This document shows, one piece after another, positions 1-8,824 of a DNA stretch of 64,000 nt. The translations under genes and the position numbers were made by a program. The DNA is from an uncultured Bdellovibrionales bacterium (GTDB taxonomy: Bacteria > Patescibacteriota > Minisyncoccia > Moranbacterales > UBA9337). The stretch lies in the NCBI GenBank assembly GCA_964605525.1, contig CAZSCV010000003.1, forward strand, positions 4,227 to 68,226, in the 5' to 3' direction. The notes under the pieces were generated by a model. That model was not told where the DNA came from and searched no databases. It saw nothing but the letters and a program-made list of their open reading frames with translations. Position 1 is the stretch's first letter; every line of letters starts with the position of its first letter.

Positions 1-1503
1 TCATTCAAAAAAGAAGGAATTGATTTGGGAGGCATCATTTGGGACATTATGCTGGCAAAATACGTGCTTGAACCGGGAGGCAAGATTGAATTTGAAAGAA
101 TGGTTTTGGAAGAATTGGGAGAAGAAATTCAAAAAGAAGAAAAGAAACAGCTCACATTGGGAATTGAGAGCGATGATGAGATTGTCAAAAAAAATTGTCA
201 GAAAGCGGACTATATTTTCAAGATCAAAAATATTTTGGAAAGAAAAATGAAAGAAGTTTGCGCCACGCAAGACGGAAAATATAACCTGCAGTATGTTTTT
301 GAGAAAGTGGAGATGCCGTTGGTGGAAATTTTAGCCCGGATGGAACTTTCCGGAGTGAAAGTTGATACTTTCATTTTGAAGGGAATTTCGGAAAAAATCG
401 GAGATAGAATTTCCAATCTGGAAAAAAACATATATCAGCTTTCCGGAAAAGAATTTAATATCAATTCTCCTTCCCAGCTTTCAGAAATACTTTTTGAGCA
501 TTTGAAACTTCCGACAGTGGATATTAAGAAAACCAAAACAAAATATTCCACTGCTGCCAGCGAATTGGAAAAACTCAAGGACGAGCATAAAATAATTGCC
601 AAAATTGAAGAATATCGCGAGATTTTCAAACTCAAAACAACTTATTTGGATACTTTGCCGAAAATGGTGGATGGAAATTCACATCTCCATACAACTTATA
701 ATCAAGCGGTGGCGGCGACCGGACGGCTTTCTTCGGAAAATCCGAATCTGCAAAATATTCCGATTCGAACAGATTTGGGAAAATTGATGCGCGTTGCTTT
801 TTCTGCTGAAGACGGATATGTTTTTGTGAGCGCGGATTACTCGCAAATAGATTTGCGGGTGATGGCGCATATGTCAGGCGATAAAAAAATGATTGAGGCT
901 TTTTGGGCGCGCCAAGATATCCACCAGGCAACGGCGGCGGAAATTAACAAGGTATCTCCATCGCAAGTGACAGAAAAGATGCGACGAAATGCCAAAGCGC
1001 TTAATTTCGGAATTATATACGGTATGGGAACTTTTGGATTTTCGCAGTCAGCGGGAATTTCCCGAGAGGAAGCACGAAAATTTATCAGTGCGTATATGGA
1101 AAAATTTTCCGATGTGGCAAAATTCATCAAACAAACAAAGGAGCAAGCCAAGAAGGATGGATTTGTCCAGACGGAAATTGGCCGCCGCCGATACTTGCCG
1201 GAAATAAATTCGCCGAACTTCCAAGTCCAATCCGGCGCGGAACGAATGGCGATCAATATGCCGATCCAAGGCTTGGCGGCGGATATCATGAAACTGGCGA
1301 TGATAGCGGTTTATACTGAATACGGAAACAATCCCGATGTGAAAATGATACTTCAGATTCATGATGAAATTATCTTGGAAGTGCGGCAGGACTTAGCCGA
1401 GGCTGTTTCCAAAAAGATTAAAGAAATTATGGAAGGAGTATACAAACTAAAAGTCCCTTTAGTGGTGGATGTGAAAATCGGGGAAAATTGGGGGGAGCTT
1501 TGA
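1..1503 (+). CDS. polA: DNA polymerase I, C-terminal part (starts before window)
   Basis: Frame open from base 1; Pol A motifs TGRLSSENPNLQNIP, DYSQIDLR, KALNFGIIYG, QIHDE. Confidence 0.97.
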   Translation, partial: SFKKEGIDLGGIIWDIMLAKYVLEPGGKIEFERMVLEELGEEIQKEEKKQLTLGIESDDEIVKKNCQKADYIFKIKNILERKMKEVCATQDGKYNLQYVFEKVEMPLVEILARMELSGVKVDTFILKGISEKIGDRISNLEKNIYQLSGKEFNINSPSQLSEILFEHLKLPTVDIKKTKTKYSTAASELEKLKDEHKIIAKIEEYREIFKLKTTYLDTLPKMVDGNSHLHTTYNQAVAATGRLSSENPNLQNIPIRTDLGKLMRVAFSAEDGYVFVSADYSQIDLRVMAHMSGDKKMIEAFWARQDIHQATAAEINKVSPSQVTEKMRRNAKALNFGIIYGMGTFGFSQSAGISREEARKFISAYMEKFSDVAKFIKQTKEQAKKDGFVQTEIGRRRYLPEINSPNFQVQSGAERMAINMPIQGLAADIMKLAMIAVYTEYGNNPDVKMILQIHDEIILEVRQDLAEAVSKKIKEIMEGVYKLKVPLVVDVKIGENWGEL

Positions 1504-1525
1504 GCCATGGAATGCAACTGTGAAT

Positions 1526-2965
1526 ATGAATTCAAAAAAAACAATTGAGCATCTATTTTATGCGATAATATTTTTGCTTCCCTGGCAAGGGGTTTGGATT
1601 TGGCGCGAGCCTTTTGTGGGCGGTTTCAAGTGGGAATACGGCACCATTGGAATATATGGGATTGATTTTCTTATATTGCTCTTTTTGATATTAAGTTCGG
1701 TGAATTATTTGAGAGTTTTTAATTTCTCCGCCCAAGGCGGACCAGCCCTGGGCTGGCAATTTCTCCGCCCAAGGCGAATCAGCCTCTGGCTGACAAAATT
1801 CAAAATTCAAAATTATAATTACGTCTTACGTCTTACGTCTTACGTCTTAGTCGCTTGGTCTTTTCTCTCCATTATCTGGTCTTCGGATAAAATTTTAGCC
1901 GGTTATTTTTCTTTCAAATTGTTATTGGCTGTTGGCTTGTTTTGGGTGGTGCGGAGGATGAATATAAATTGGAGAAAGTTAGTTTTTGTCTTGATGCTTA
2001 CCGGAGCGTTGCAAGGCGCGCTGGCAACCGGACAGTTTTTGGCGCAAAATGATTTTTCCAGCACGCTTTTGGGAACGAGCCAGCACGTTGTTTCAGCTGG
2101 CGGAACATCGGTGATTGAAACGCCGGGTGGAAGATGGCTCCGGGCATACGGAACGTTTCCGCATCCGAATGTATTGGGAGGATATCTTACTGTGATTCTA
2201 TTACTCATTATTTTTCAAGATACAAGACACCCCGAAAATATTCGCCACAGAGCAGGCAAGACACAAGAAACAAGCAATTTTAAATTTTTAATTTTAAAAT
2301 TAAGAAATTGGAAATTGTTTAGAAATTCGAAATTAGAAATTAGAAATTCAGAATACGTCTTACGTCTTACGTCTTACGTTTTAATCTTTTCCGGACTGGT
2401 TGTTTCTTTTTCCCGCAGTGCTTGGCTGGTTTTCGCTATCGGATTTATTTTGTTGTTTATCTTTAAAAAAGATAAACGAAGAGAATTGGGCAAATTAGTT
2501 TTTGTTTTTTCTGTCATTGCGCTTGTTTGGATCGGTGTTTTCTCTCCTTTGTTTTTTTCCCGCATCGCCGGAGAAGAAAGATTGGAAAAAAAATCTTTCG
2601 ATGACCGGAGCGCGTATGTTTTGCAATCGAAAGAAATCATAAAAGAAAATTTTTGGCTGGGAACGGGAGCTGGAAATTATACGAAAGCAGTGGCGGATAA
2701 AAATCCACAAAAACCAATCTGGCAAATTCAGCCGGTGCATAATGTCTTTCTGCTTGTCTGGTCAGAATTGGGGGCTATTGGCTTGGTTTTGCTTATCGCA
2801 TTCTTATTTTTATGGGCAATTGGGCTATTTTTAACAAATAAATATTTACCACTGCTCATCGTTCCTTGCTTATTGTTTTTTGTTTTCGATCACTGGCTTT
2901 GGACATCACATTTCGGCTTGTTGTTTTTATTTTTAATTTTAGCATTAATACTCAAAAAGAAATGA
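1526..2965 (+). CDS. O-antigen ligase/Wzy_C-family membrane protein with repeat-derived inserts
   Basis: Many TM segments; RAYGTFPHPN, SFSRSAW, GTGAGNY, PVHN motifs; ATG at 1526 chosen as start. Confidence 0.8.
   Translation: MNSKKTIEHLFYAIIFLLPWQGVWIWREPFVGGFKWEYGTIGIYGIDFLILLFLILSSVNYLRVFNFSAQGGPALGWQFLRPRRISLWLTKFKIQNYNYVLRLTSYVLVAWSFLSIIWSSDKILAGYFSFKLLLAVGLFWVVRRMNINWRKLVFVLMLTGALQGALATGQFLAQNDFSSTLLGTSQHVVSAGGTSVIETPGGRWLRAYGTFPHPNVLGGYLTVILLLIIFQDTRHPENIRHRAGKTQETSNFKFLILKLRNWKLFRNSKLEIRNSEYVLRLTSYVLIFSGLVVSFSRSAWLVFAIGFILLFIFKKDKRRELGKLVFVFSVIALVWIGVFSPLFFSRIAGEERLEKKSFDDRSAYVLQSKEIIKENFWLGTGAGNYTKAVADKNPQKPIWQIQPVHNVFLLVWSELGAIGLVLLIAFLFLWAIGLFLTNKYLPLLIVPCLLFFVFDHWLWTSHFGLLFLFLILALILKKK
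1727..1756 (+). repeat. 30-bp double-hairpin element, copy 1
   Basis: TCCGCC-CAA-GGCGGA CCAGCC-CTG-GGCTGG; read as SAQGGPALGW. Confidence 0.95.
1764..1793 (+). repeat. 30-bp double-hairpin element, copy 2
   Basis: TCCGCC-CAA-GGCGAA TCAGCC-TCT-GGCTGA; separated from copy 1 by one CAATTTC heptamer. Confidence 0.9.
1820..1847 (+). repeat. (TACGTCT)x4 heptamer tandem repeat
   Basis: Read directly; second array at 2354-2381. Confidence 0.95.
2303..2348 (-). repeat. Heptamer-AAAC element, empty copy in reverse orientation
   Basis: Reverse complement AATTTCT AATTTCT AATTTCG AATTTCT AAAC AATTTCC AATTTCT. Confidence 0.8.
2354..2381 (+). repeat. (TACGTCT)x3 + TACGTTT heptamer repeat
   Basis: Read directly; encodes YVLRLTSYV like 1820-1847. 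Confidence 0.9.
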
Positions 2966-3288
2966 AAGAAAAACTATTGAAAATTATTCCTAATTTAATC
3001 CCGATTACTCTAATGGTCGGACTTATTCCAATTATTGCCAATGATTATGTCTTGCTTCTAGCATACGTGTTTGTAATTTCGATCTCCTTTTGGATAAAAT
3101 ATGAAAAACGCGAGTATGTTTATTTTTCTTTTGGGTTGGTGATAATGGTTTTTTCCGAATGGATTTTTGTGAGTACGGGAGTGGAAACTTTCACTCGAAA
3201 TAGTTTACTGGGAGTAATGCCGATTTGGCTGCCGGTTCTTTGGGCATATGCTTTTGTGGCAATGAAAAGAGCAGTTGTGATTTTGTGA
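2962..3288 (+). CDS. Small membrane protein (DUF2878-like)
   Basis: ATG overlaps upstream stop (ATGA); hydrophobic; GVMPIWLPVLW motif. Confidence 0.65.
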   Translation: MKEKLLKIIPNLIPITLMVGLIPIIANDYVLLLAYVFVISISFWIKYEKREYVYFSFGLVIMVFSEWIFVSTGVETFTRNSLLGVMPIWLPVLWAYAFVAMKRAVVIL

Positions 3289-3338
3289 GAAATCATTATA
3301 CTGAATGCATAAAATAGTTAAAAGTAGTTCGTAAATGT

Positions 3339-4298
3339 ATGCCGGAATTGCCTGAAGTGCAAACGATTGTTGACGATTTAAACAGGAAGATAAAAGGCGA
3401 CACGATCGTTGGTTTTTGGAGTGATTGGCCGAAAGCCATAAAAGGCGTGAATTTTAAAAAATTCGAAGCGGAAATAAACGGCAAAAAAATTCTCAAAGCC
3501 TGGCGGATTGGAAAGAATATGTTCGTGGATTTGTCCGGAGGAAAAACGATTTATATCCATTTGAAAATGACGGGACACCTGCTTGTGAAGACACGGGAAA
3601 ATTTCCAATTTCCAATTTCTCCGCCCAAGGCGGACCAGCCTTGGGCTGGTAATTTTCAAACAAATCCCAATGACAAAATTTCAAATTTAGAAAAAAATAA
3701 AAATTATTTTGATGACAGGGTTAATCAATATATACATCATATCTGGAAACTAAAATCTGGAAAAACTTTGGAATTTTCGGATATGAGAAAGTTTGCCAAG
3801 ATTGTTTTGGTTGATACGGACAAGGTTATGGAATTGCCGGAAATCAAAAAACTGGGGGTGGACGCGATGAGCGCGGATTTTACTTTGGAAAAATTTGAAG
3901 AAATATTGGAAAAAAGAAAAAACAAGAAAATCGGGCTGGTTTTAATGGAGCAGGAATTGATTGCCGGAATCGGAAATATTTATCGTAGCGAGATTCTTTT
4001 TGACGCAGGAATACATCCTGAACGGTTAGTGAAAGATTTAAAAAAAGCGGAAACAGAAACATTGTACAATTCTATCTTGAAAGTTCTCAAAAAAGCCGTC
4101 AAAATGCGGGGAACTTCCGATAGTGATTATCGCGACACGGACGGCGCGCCGGGAAGCTTCGGAAAGGTTTTGAAAGTTTACCGAAAAAAAGGCGAAAAAT
4201 GCTCGTGTGTGCGAGATGGAAAAAAATGTGGTACAATTATTGAAAGAATAATAATGGGGCAAAGGAGTGTGTTTTTTTGCCAGAAATGCCAGAAATAA
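3339..4298 (+). CDS. mutM: Formamidopyrimidine-DNA glycosylase with internal repeat-derived insert
   Basis: MPELPEV start, HLKMTG, GIGNIY H2TH motif, C-terminal zinc finger. Confidence 0.96.
   Translation: MPELPEVQTIVDDLNRKIKGDTIVGFWSDWPKAIKGVNFKKFEAEINGKKILKAWRIGKNMFVDLSGGKTIYIHLKMTGHLLVKTRENFQFPISPPKADQPWAGNFQTNPNDKISNLEKNKNYFDDRVNQYIHHIWKLKSGKTLEFSDMRKFAKIVLVDTDKVMELPEIKKLGVDAMSADFTLEKFEEILEKRKNKKIGLVLMEQELIAGIGNIYRSEILFDAGIHPERLVKDLKKAETETLYNSILKVLKKAVKMRGTSDSDYRDTDGAPGSFGKVLKVYRKKGEKCSCVRDGKKCGTIIERIIMGQRSVFFCQKCQK
3600..3689 (+). repeat. Heptamer-AAAC element carrying 30-bp element copy 3 (3620-3649)
   Basis: AATTTCC AATTTCC AATTTC[30 bp]T AATTTTC AAAC AAATCCC AATGACA AAATTTC. Confidence 0.9.
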
Positions 4299-4334
4299 AT
4301 TTTGAGTGTAAATTTTAATAATAAAAGAAAATCA

Positions 4335-5516
4335 ATGAGTAATAAAAACAAGGCGGTAATTGCGATTGTCGTAATAATCATTGCCGGAATGGCGGTGTAT
4401 TTTTTTGGTAATCGCGATGCAAGAAGAAGCAAGAATGCCAAGCCGATCAGCATTGAAAGTAATAGCGAAGCTTCCAGTCAATCTATTCAAAACACCGGTC
4501 CGGTAAGTCCGATTACGGGATTATCCTGTGACAACTGGAACCGCCGTCCGGTTGCAGTGATGCAGCCTGCCGATATCCAAGCTCGTCCGGCTGCCGGCTT
4601 TTCCGAGGCGGATATGGTCTTTGAGATGCCAGCCTATACATCCAGCAATACAAGATTGATGGGAGTGTATATTTGCAATTTACCCAAAGATATTGGAGCG
4701 ATACGAAGTTCTCGTCATGATTATATCGCCCTTGCGAAAGGATTGGATGCTTACTTTATTCATTGGGGAGGATCGCATTTTGCTTTGGATCTTTTAAAGG
4801 AAAATGTTATTGATCATATGGACTGCCTTGCATATGAAGGATCATATTGCAGCAGATGGGACTGGCAAAATGATCCGGTTATGCGTATGGAAGATTCCGG
4901 GCATGTTACTAGTGAATCTATTGTGAAAGCAATGAAAGATTTGAACATAAGGACCGAGGGAAATTTTGTCGGATATCCTCATCAAGCTGAGGCTCCGGAA
5001 GACCAGCGTCCAAATGGCGGACATTTGAGAGTAGCTTTTGCCGGAATATATGCGGTTGAATATGATTATGATAAAGCAACTAACACATATTTGCGTACCT
5101 GGGGAAATGTCGAGGATACCGATAGAAACAATAAACAAAGATTAGCGCCGAAAAACGTCGCAGTTTTGTTTGCCTCATCAGAACAAATTGTTAATACAAA
5201 AGATTATGCCGGTCTTGGACTGAGAAATCCATGGGAAAATGTGGAAGCGGTTAAAAATACCGGAGATGAGAGTATAAGTGGAAGATACAATAACGTTCAA
5301 ATAGGTGATCCATGGTACGACGAAACTGATTCCGGAGAAGCGCATTATTATTTCAACGGAAAAGAATACTTGGGAACTTGGAAAAAAGACCGATCTAAAA
5401 TCGACAGCAAATTGTTTTTTTATGATCAATCCGGAAAGGAAATTCAATTTGTTCCCGGTCAGGTTTGGGTTGAAATTCTCGAGCCTGGACAAGTATTAAG
5501 ATGGCAACAGTCGTAA
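4335..5516 (+). CDS. DUF3048 (YerB-like) membrane-anchored protein
   Basis: N-terminal TM; SPITG, RPVAVM, IGAIRSSR, HWGGS, PGQVWVE motifs. Confidence 0.8.
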   Translation: MSNKNKAVIAIVVIIIAGMAVYFFGNRDARRSKNAKPISIESNSEASSQSIQNTGPVSPITGLSCDNWNRRPVAVMQPADIQARPAAGFSEADMVFEMPAYTSSNTRLMGVYICNLPKDIGAIRSSRHDYIALAKGLDAYFIHWGGSHFALDLLKENVIDHMDCLAYEGSYCSRWDWQNDPVMRMEDSGHVTSESIVKAMKDLNIRTEGNFVGYPHQAEAPEDQRPNGGHLRVAFAGIYAVEYDYDKATNTYLRTWGNVEDTDRNNKQRLAPKNVAVLFASSEQIVNTKDYAGLGLRNPWENVEAVKNTGDESISGRYNNVQIGDPWYDETDSGEAHYYFNGKEYLGTWKKDRSKIDSKLFFYDQSGKEIQFVPGQVWVEILEPGQVLRWQQS

Positions 5517-5534
5517 AAACATAATTTTTATTCG

Positions 5535-6488
5535 ATGATTTTGTTTCTTTACGGCAATGATGACTTTCGTTCAAGTGAAAAGTTGGCCGAAATAAAAAAT
5601 GAATTCTTGGAAAAAGACAGCCTCGGCGCGGGCCTGGCTGTTTTTGATTTTGAAGAAGGGGCAAAGGAAAGCGATGTGGCTGATGTGCTTTCATCCGGTG
5701 GACTTTTCAGTTCGAAAAAATTGATAATTGTAAAAAATATCTTGGTTGATGGAAAAACAGATGAGCAGACGAATATATTGGAAATATTGGATAAAAAAGG
5801 CTCTATTGGAAATGATGAAGATTTGGTTCTTGTTTTTTGGGCAAAAGGAATGCCCAGAAAAAACGGAAAACTTTTCAAATTTATTTCTTCAATTGGAAAA
5901 AGTGAGATATTTGAAAAACTTTCAGGAGTTGCTTTGGAAAAATGGATATTTGGGAAAGTGGAAAAAATGGGAGGAAAAATTTCCGCAAAAGCTGTTGGAA
6001 AATTGATAGCATATGCCGGAGATGATCTTTTTCAGATGAATAATGAAATCAAAAAACTGGCGTGCTACAGCCGGGAAATCAATGAAAAAGATGTTGATTT
6101 GCTGGTAAAGGCAAAAACTCAGGCGAATATATTTGAAACCGTAGAAGCGCTCAGTGCGGGAAACAAGAAATTAGCTCTTGATCTCTTACACCAGCAATTG
6201 GAAAAAGGGGACGATCCTTTTTATATTTTTTCTATGTATGTATACCAATTCCGCAATTTGCTAAAAATTGCAGGACTGTATTTTTCGGGACTCAGCAATG
6301 AATATGCGATTGCCAAAGAAACAAAGCTGCATCCTTTTGTCGTGAAAAAAGGATTGGCGCAAGTGAGGACGATGGATATTAAAAAGATAAAAAACATCTA
6401 TCGCAATTTGGCGGAAATTGATTTGAAAGTAAAAACCGGAAAAATGGACATCATCTTGGCGCTGGATAAATTCGTGGTTGAAATATAG
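5535..6488 (+). CDS. holA: DNA polymerase III delta subunit
   Basis: LYGNDDF, GLFSSKKLII, NEIKKL, LHPFV, DLKVKTG; adjacent to rpsT. Confidence 0.92.
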   Translation: MILFLYGNDDFRSSEKLAEIKNEFLEKDSLGAGLAVFDFEEGAKESDVADVLSSGGLFSSKKLIIVKNILVDGKTDEQTNILEILDKKGSIGNDEDLVLVFWAKGMPRKNGKLFKFISSIGKSEIFEKLSGVALEKWIFGKVEKMGGKISAKAVGKLIAYAGDDLFQMNNEIKKLACYSREINEKDVDLLVKAKTQANIFETVEALSAGNKKLALDLLHQQLEKGDDPFYIFSMYVYQFRNLLKIAGLYFSGLSNEYAIAKETKLHPFVVKKGLAQVRTMDIKKIKNIYRNLAEIDLKVKTGKMDIILALDKFVVEI

Positions 6489-6543
6489 AAAAATAAATCA
6501 TTTTTCTGCCTACTTTCAGTTTCTTTATTTTAAAAAAGATAAT

Positions 6544-6578
6544 AAAAAAACAGACTTTCTTGTGAGGCCTGTTTTTTT
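6544..6578. terminator. Probable bidirectional intrinsic terminator
   Basis: A-tract-CAGACTT..AGGCCTG-T-tract between convergent holA and rpsT. Confidence 0.6.
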
Positions 6579-6586
6579 ATTTGAAG

Positions 6587-6859
6587 TTATTTTTTTCCAG
6601 CTAACTCTTTGACCGCTTTGTTGAGTCTTGATTTGTATCTGGCGGCTGTGTTTTTGACAAGTGTCTTTTTCTGCACGGCCTTATCAAGGGATTTGATGGA
6701 TTTTTTTAGCCATTCTTGCGCTTTTTCGATATTTTTTTCAGTGATTGCATCGCGGGTTTTCTTGATAGCGCTTCGGAAAACTCCTTTTACTATTTTGTTG
6801 CGGGCGGTTTTTTTGTCCGTCACACGCATATATTTTTTTGCAGATTTTTTGATTGGCAT
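6587..6859 (-). CDS. rpsT: 30S ribosomal protein S20
   Basis: MPIKKSAKK, LDKA, KNTAARYKSRL. Confidence 0.96.
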   Translation of the reverse strand: MPIKKSAKKYMRVTDKKTARNKIVKGVFRSAIKKTRDAITEKNIEKAQEWLKKSIKSLDKAVQKKTLVKNTAARYKSRLNKAVKELAGKK

Positions 6860-6996
6860 ATATAAAACATTAAAACAAATTAATCATTAAAATATAAAAA
6901 CAATAGAGCGATTTAATTTACTGTTTTTATAACTTAATGCTTTAATGATGTTATCACAGGCTGGATTTTTTAGCAAGAGTGTAGTATTCTTGGGAT

Positions 6997-7566
6997 ATGA
7001 TTGCGAAATTGAGGGGAAAAATTGAATATTTGCGGGGAAATTATGCGGTTGTTGATGTGGGCGGAGTCGGATACAAAGTTTTTGTAACTGATTATGTTTT
7101 CGGCAAGCTGGCATCAATGAAAGAAGTGAATCTGTTTATTCATACGCATGTCCGTGAAGATGAGATGTCATTGTATGGTTTTTTAGTTTTGGATGAATTG
7201 GAGATGTTTGAGCTTTTGATTTCTATTTCCGGAATCGGACCCAAGGCGGCGAAGGGAATTTTGTCTATTGCCGATCCGAAGACTATCCGCACGGCAATTC
7301 TTAATAACGATTCTTCAATTCTCACGAAAGTTTCCGGAGTGGGGAAGAAGACTGCTGAGAGGGTTATTTTGGAACTCAAGAATAAAGTGGCGGATATGCC
7401 GGATGCGGACAAGAAAGAAGTTGTGGCGGACGGCGATACTCTGGAAGCGCTGGTGGCGATGGGATATTCGATTGCGGAAGCGCGCGAGGCTCTCAAATCA
7501 ATCCCGATGGATATTTCTGATGTTGGAGAAAGAATAAAATTTGCCTTAAGAAATATTGGGAGGTAG
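6997..7566 (+). CDS. ruvA: Holliday junction branch migration protein RuvA
   Basis: DVGGVGY, HVRED-LYGF, SGIGPK, GVGKKTAERVILEL. Confidence 0.97.
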   Translation: MIAKLRGKIEYLRGNYAVVDVGGVGYKVFVTDYVFGKLASMKEVNLFIHTHVREDEMSLYGFLVLDELEMFELLISISGIGPKAAKGILSIADPKTIRTAILNNDSSILTKVSGVGKKTAERVILELKNKVADMPDADKKEVVADGDTLEALVAMGYSIAEAREALKSIPMDISDVGERIKFALRNIGR

Positions 7567-7577
7567 TTTTTGTGGGG

Positions 7578-7621
7578 AATCCAGAAATATAATTTTTTAT
7601 AAAAAATTATATTTCTGGATT
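7578..7621. repeat. 44-bp perfect palindrome
   Basis: AATCCAGAAATATAATTTTTT-AT-AAAAAATTATATTTCTGGATT. Confidence 0.9.
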
Positions 7622-7650
7622 TTGGCGCATGAGATGAATTTTTAGTGTTT

Positions 7651-8736
7651 ATGGAAGAAATAAAAAATATGGATTTTTTGCAGTCGGAAGATTGGCGAAA
7701 GTTTCAAGAAAGCGTCGGGCGCAGAACTTTCAAAATTTCTTCCGGAGATTTCAATGCCAGCATAATCGAACATAAATTGCCGATAGCCGGCAATTATTTT
7801 TACGCGCCGCGAGGTTTTGTCATTCCCGCGGAGGCGGGAATCCAGGATGCTGGTTGTAAGCTTCTAATCAAAGATATTTTTAATTTGGCAAAAAAAGAAA
7901 AAGTAAATTGGATAAGATTTGATGCGGAAAATAAAGATGTTTTAAAAACAATGGAAGAATGCGGATTAAAAGTTGAAAAGGCGCCGCATGATATGCAACC
8001 GCGGCAGACTCTTGTAATTGATATTTCAAAGCCGGAAGAAAAATTGCTGGAGGAAATGAAAAGCAAGACACGATACAACATAAGATTATCTGAAAAACGC
8101 GGGGTTAGAATTTTCAATTTTCAATTTTTCCGCCCAAGGCGGACCAGCCTTGGGCTGGCAATTTTAAAACAATTTTCAAATTCTAATGATAAAATTTTAA
8201 ATAAAGAAAATAAAGAAAAATTCAATACTTATGCTAATGAGTTTTTGCGGTTAGTGAGGATTACATCGAAACGGCAGGGGATCACTTCTCATCCGGATGA
8301 ATATTATCGAAAAATGCTTGAAATTCCATGCGTGCAATTGTATGTGGCGGAATTTGACGGAAAAGTTGTGGCGGTGGCGGTCGTTTCTTTTTTTGAGGGA
8401 GTGGCGACATATTTGCACGGAGCGTCAGATGACAGATATAAAAACGTAATGGCGCCGTTTGCGCTCCATTGGAAAATAATAAAAGACGCAAGGGAAAAAG
8501 GGTGCAAAAAGTATGATATGGGAGGAGTTAGCGTTAATTTTCAATCTTCAATTTCCAATGTAAAAAAAGAAAAAATTCAAAATTCTTCAGATTGGGCGGG
8601 GATTACACGGTTTAAATTGGGATTTTCTCCAGAAACAAAACCGACTGAATTTGCAGGAAGCTATGACATCATTATTGATCAAAAAAAATATTTCTTATAT
8701 AAATTTTTGCAGTTTATTAAAGGATTGATGAAATAG
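7651..8736 (+). CDS. FemABX-family peptidyltransferase with repeat-derived inserts
   Basis: FLQSEDW, YAPRG, KTRYNIR, YLHGAS, YDMGG, GITRFKLGF. Confidence 0.9.
   Translation: MEEIKNMDFLQSEDWRKFQESVGRRTFKISSGDFNASIIEHKLPIAGNYFYAPRGFVIPAEAGIQDAGCKLLIKDIFNLAKKEKVNWIRFDAENKDVLKTMEECGLKVEKAPHDMQPRQTLVIDISKPEEKLLEEMKSKTRYNIRLSEKRGVRIFNFQFFRPRRTSLGLAILKQFSNSNDKILNKENKEKFNTYANEFLRLVRITSKRQGITSHPDEYYRKMLEIPCVQLYVAEFDGKVVAVAVVSFFEGVATYLHGASDDRYKNVMAPFALHWKIIKDAREKGCKKYDMGGVSVNFQSSISNVKKEKIQNSSDWAGITRFKLGFSPETKPTEFAGSYDIIIDQKKYFLYKFLQFIKGLMK
7819..7845 (+). repeat. ATTCCC-N8-GGGAAT REP-like palindrome in frame in fem gene
   Basis: GTCATTCCCGCGGAGGCGGGAATCCAG, read as VIPAEAGIQ. Confidence 0.8.
8109..8198 (+). 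repeat. Heptamer-AAAC element carrying 30-bp element copy 4 (8129-8158)
   Basis: AATTTTC AATTTTC AATTTT[30 bp]C AATTTTA AAAC AATTTTC AAATTCT AATGATA. Confidence 0.9.
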
Positions 8737-8824
8737 TTTGCGGACTTGATTTTTCTCAGTATTCTTGTATGATAAGGGTTAAACAAAGATAAGTTCTTTA
8801 TAAATCTACTCAAAGGAGCTGGCT

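Noticed and set aside
1727-1793. Tandem 30-bp repeats as a mini CRISPR array
   Set aside because: Spacer is only 7 nt and the other copies are dispersed inside genes
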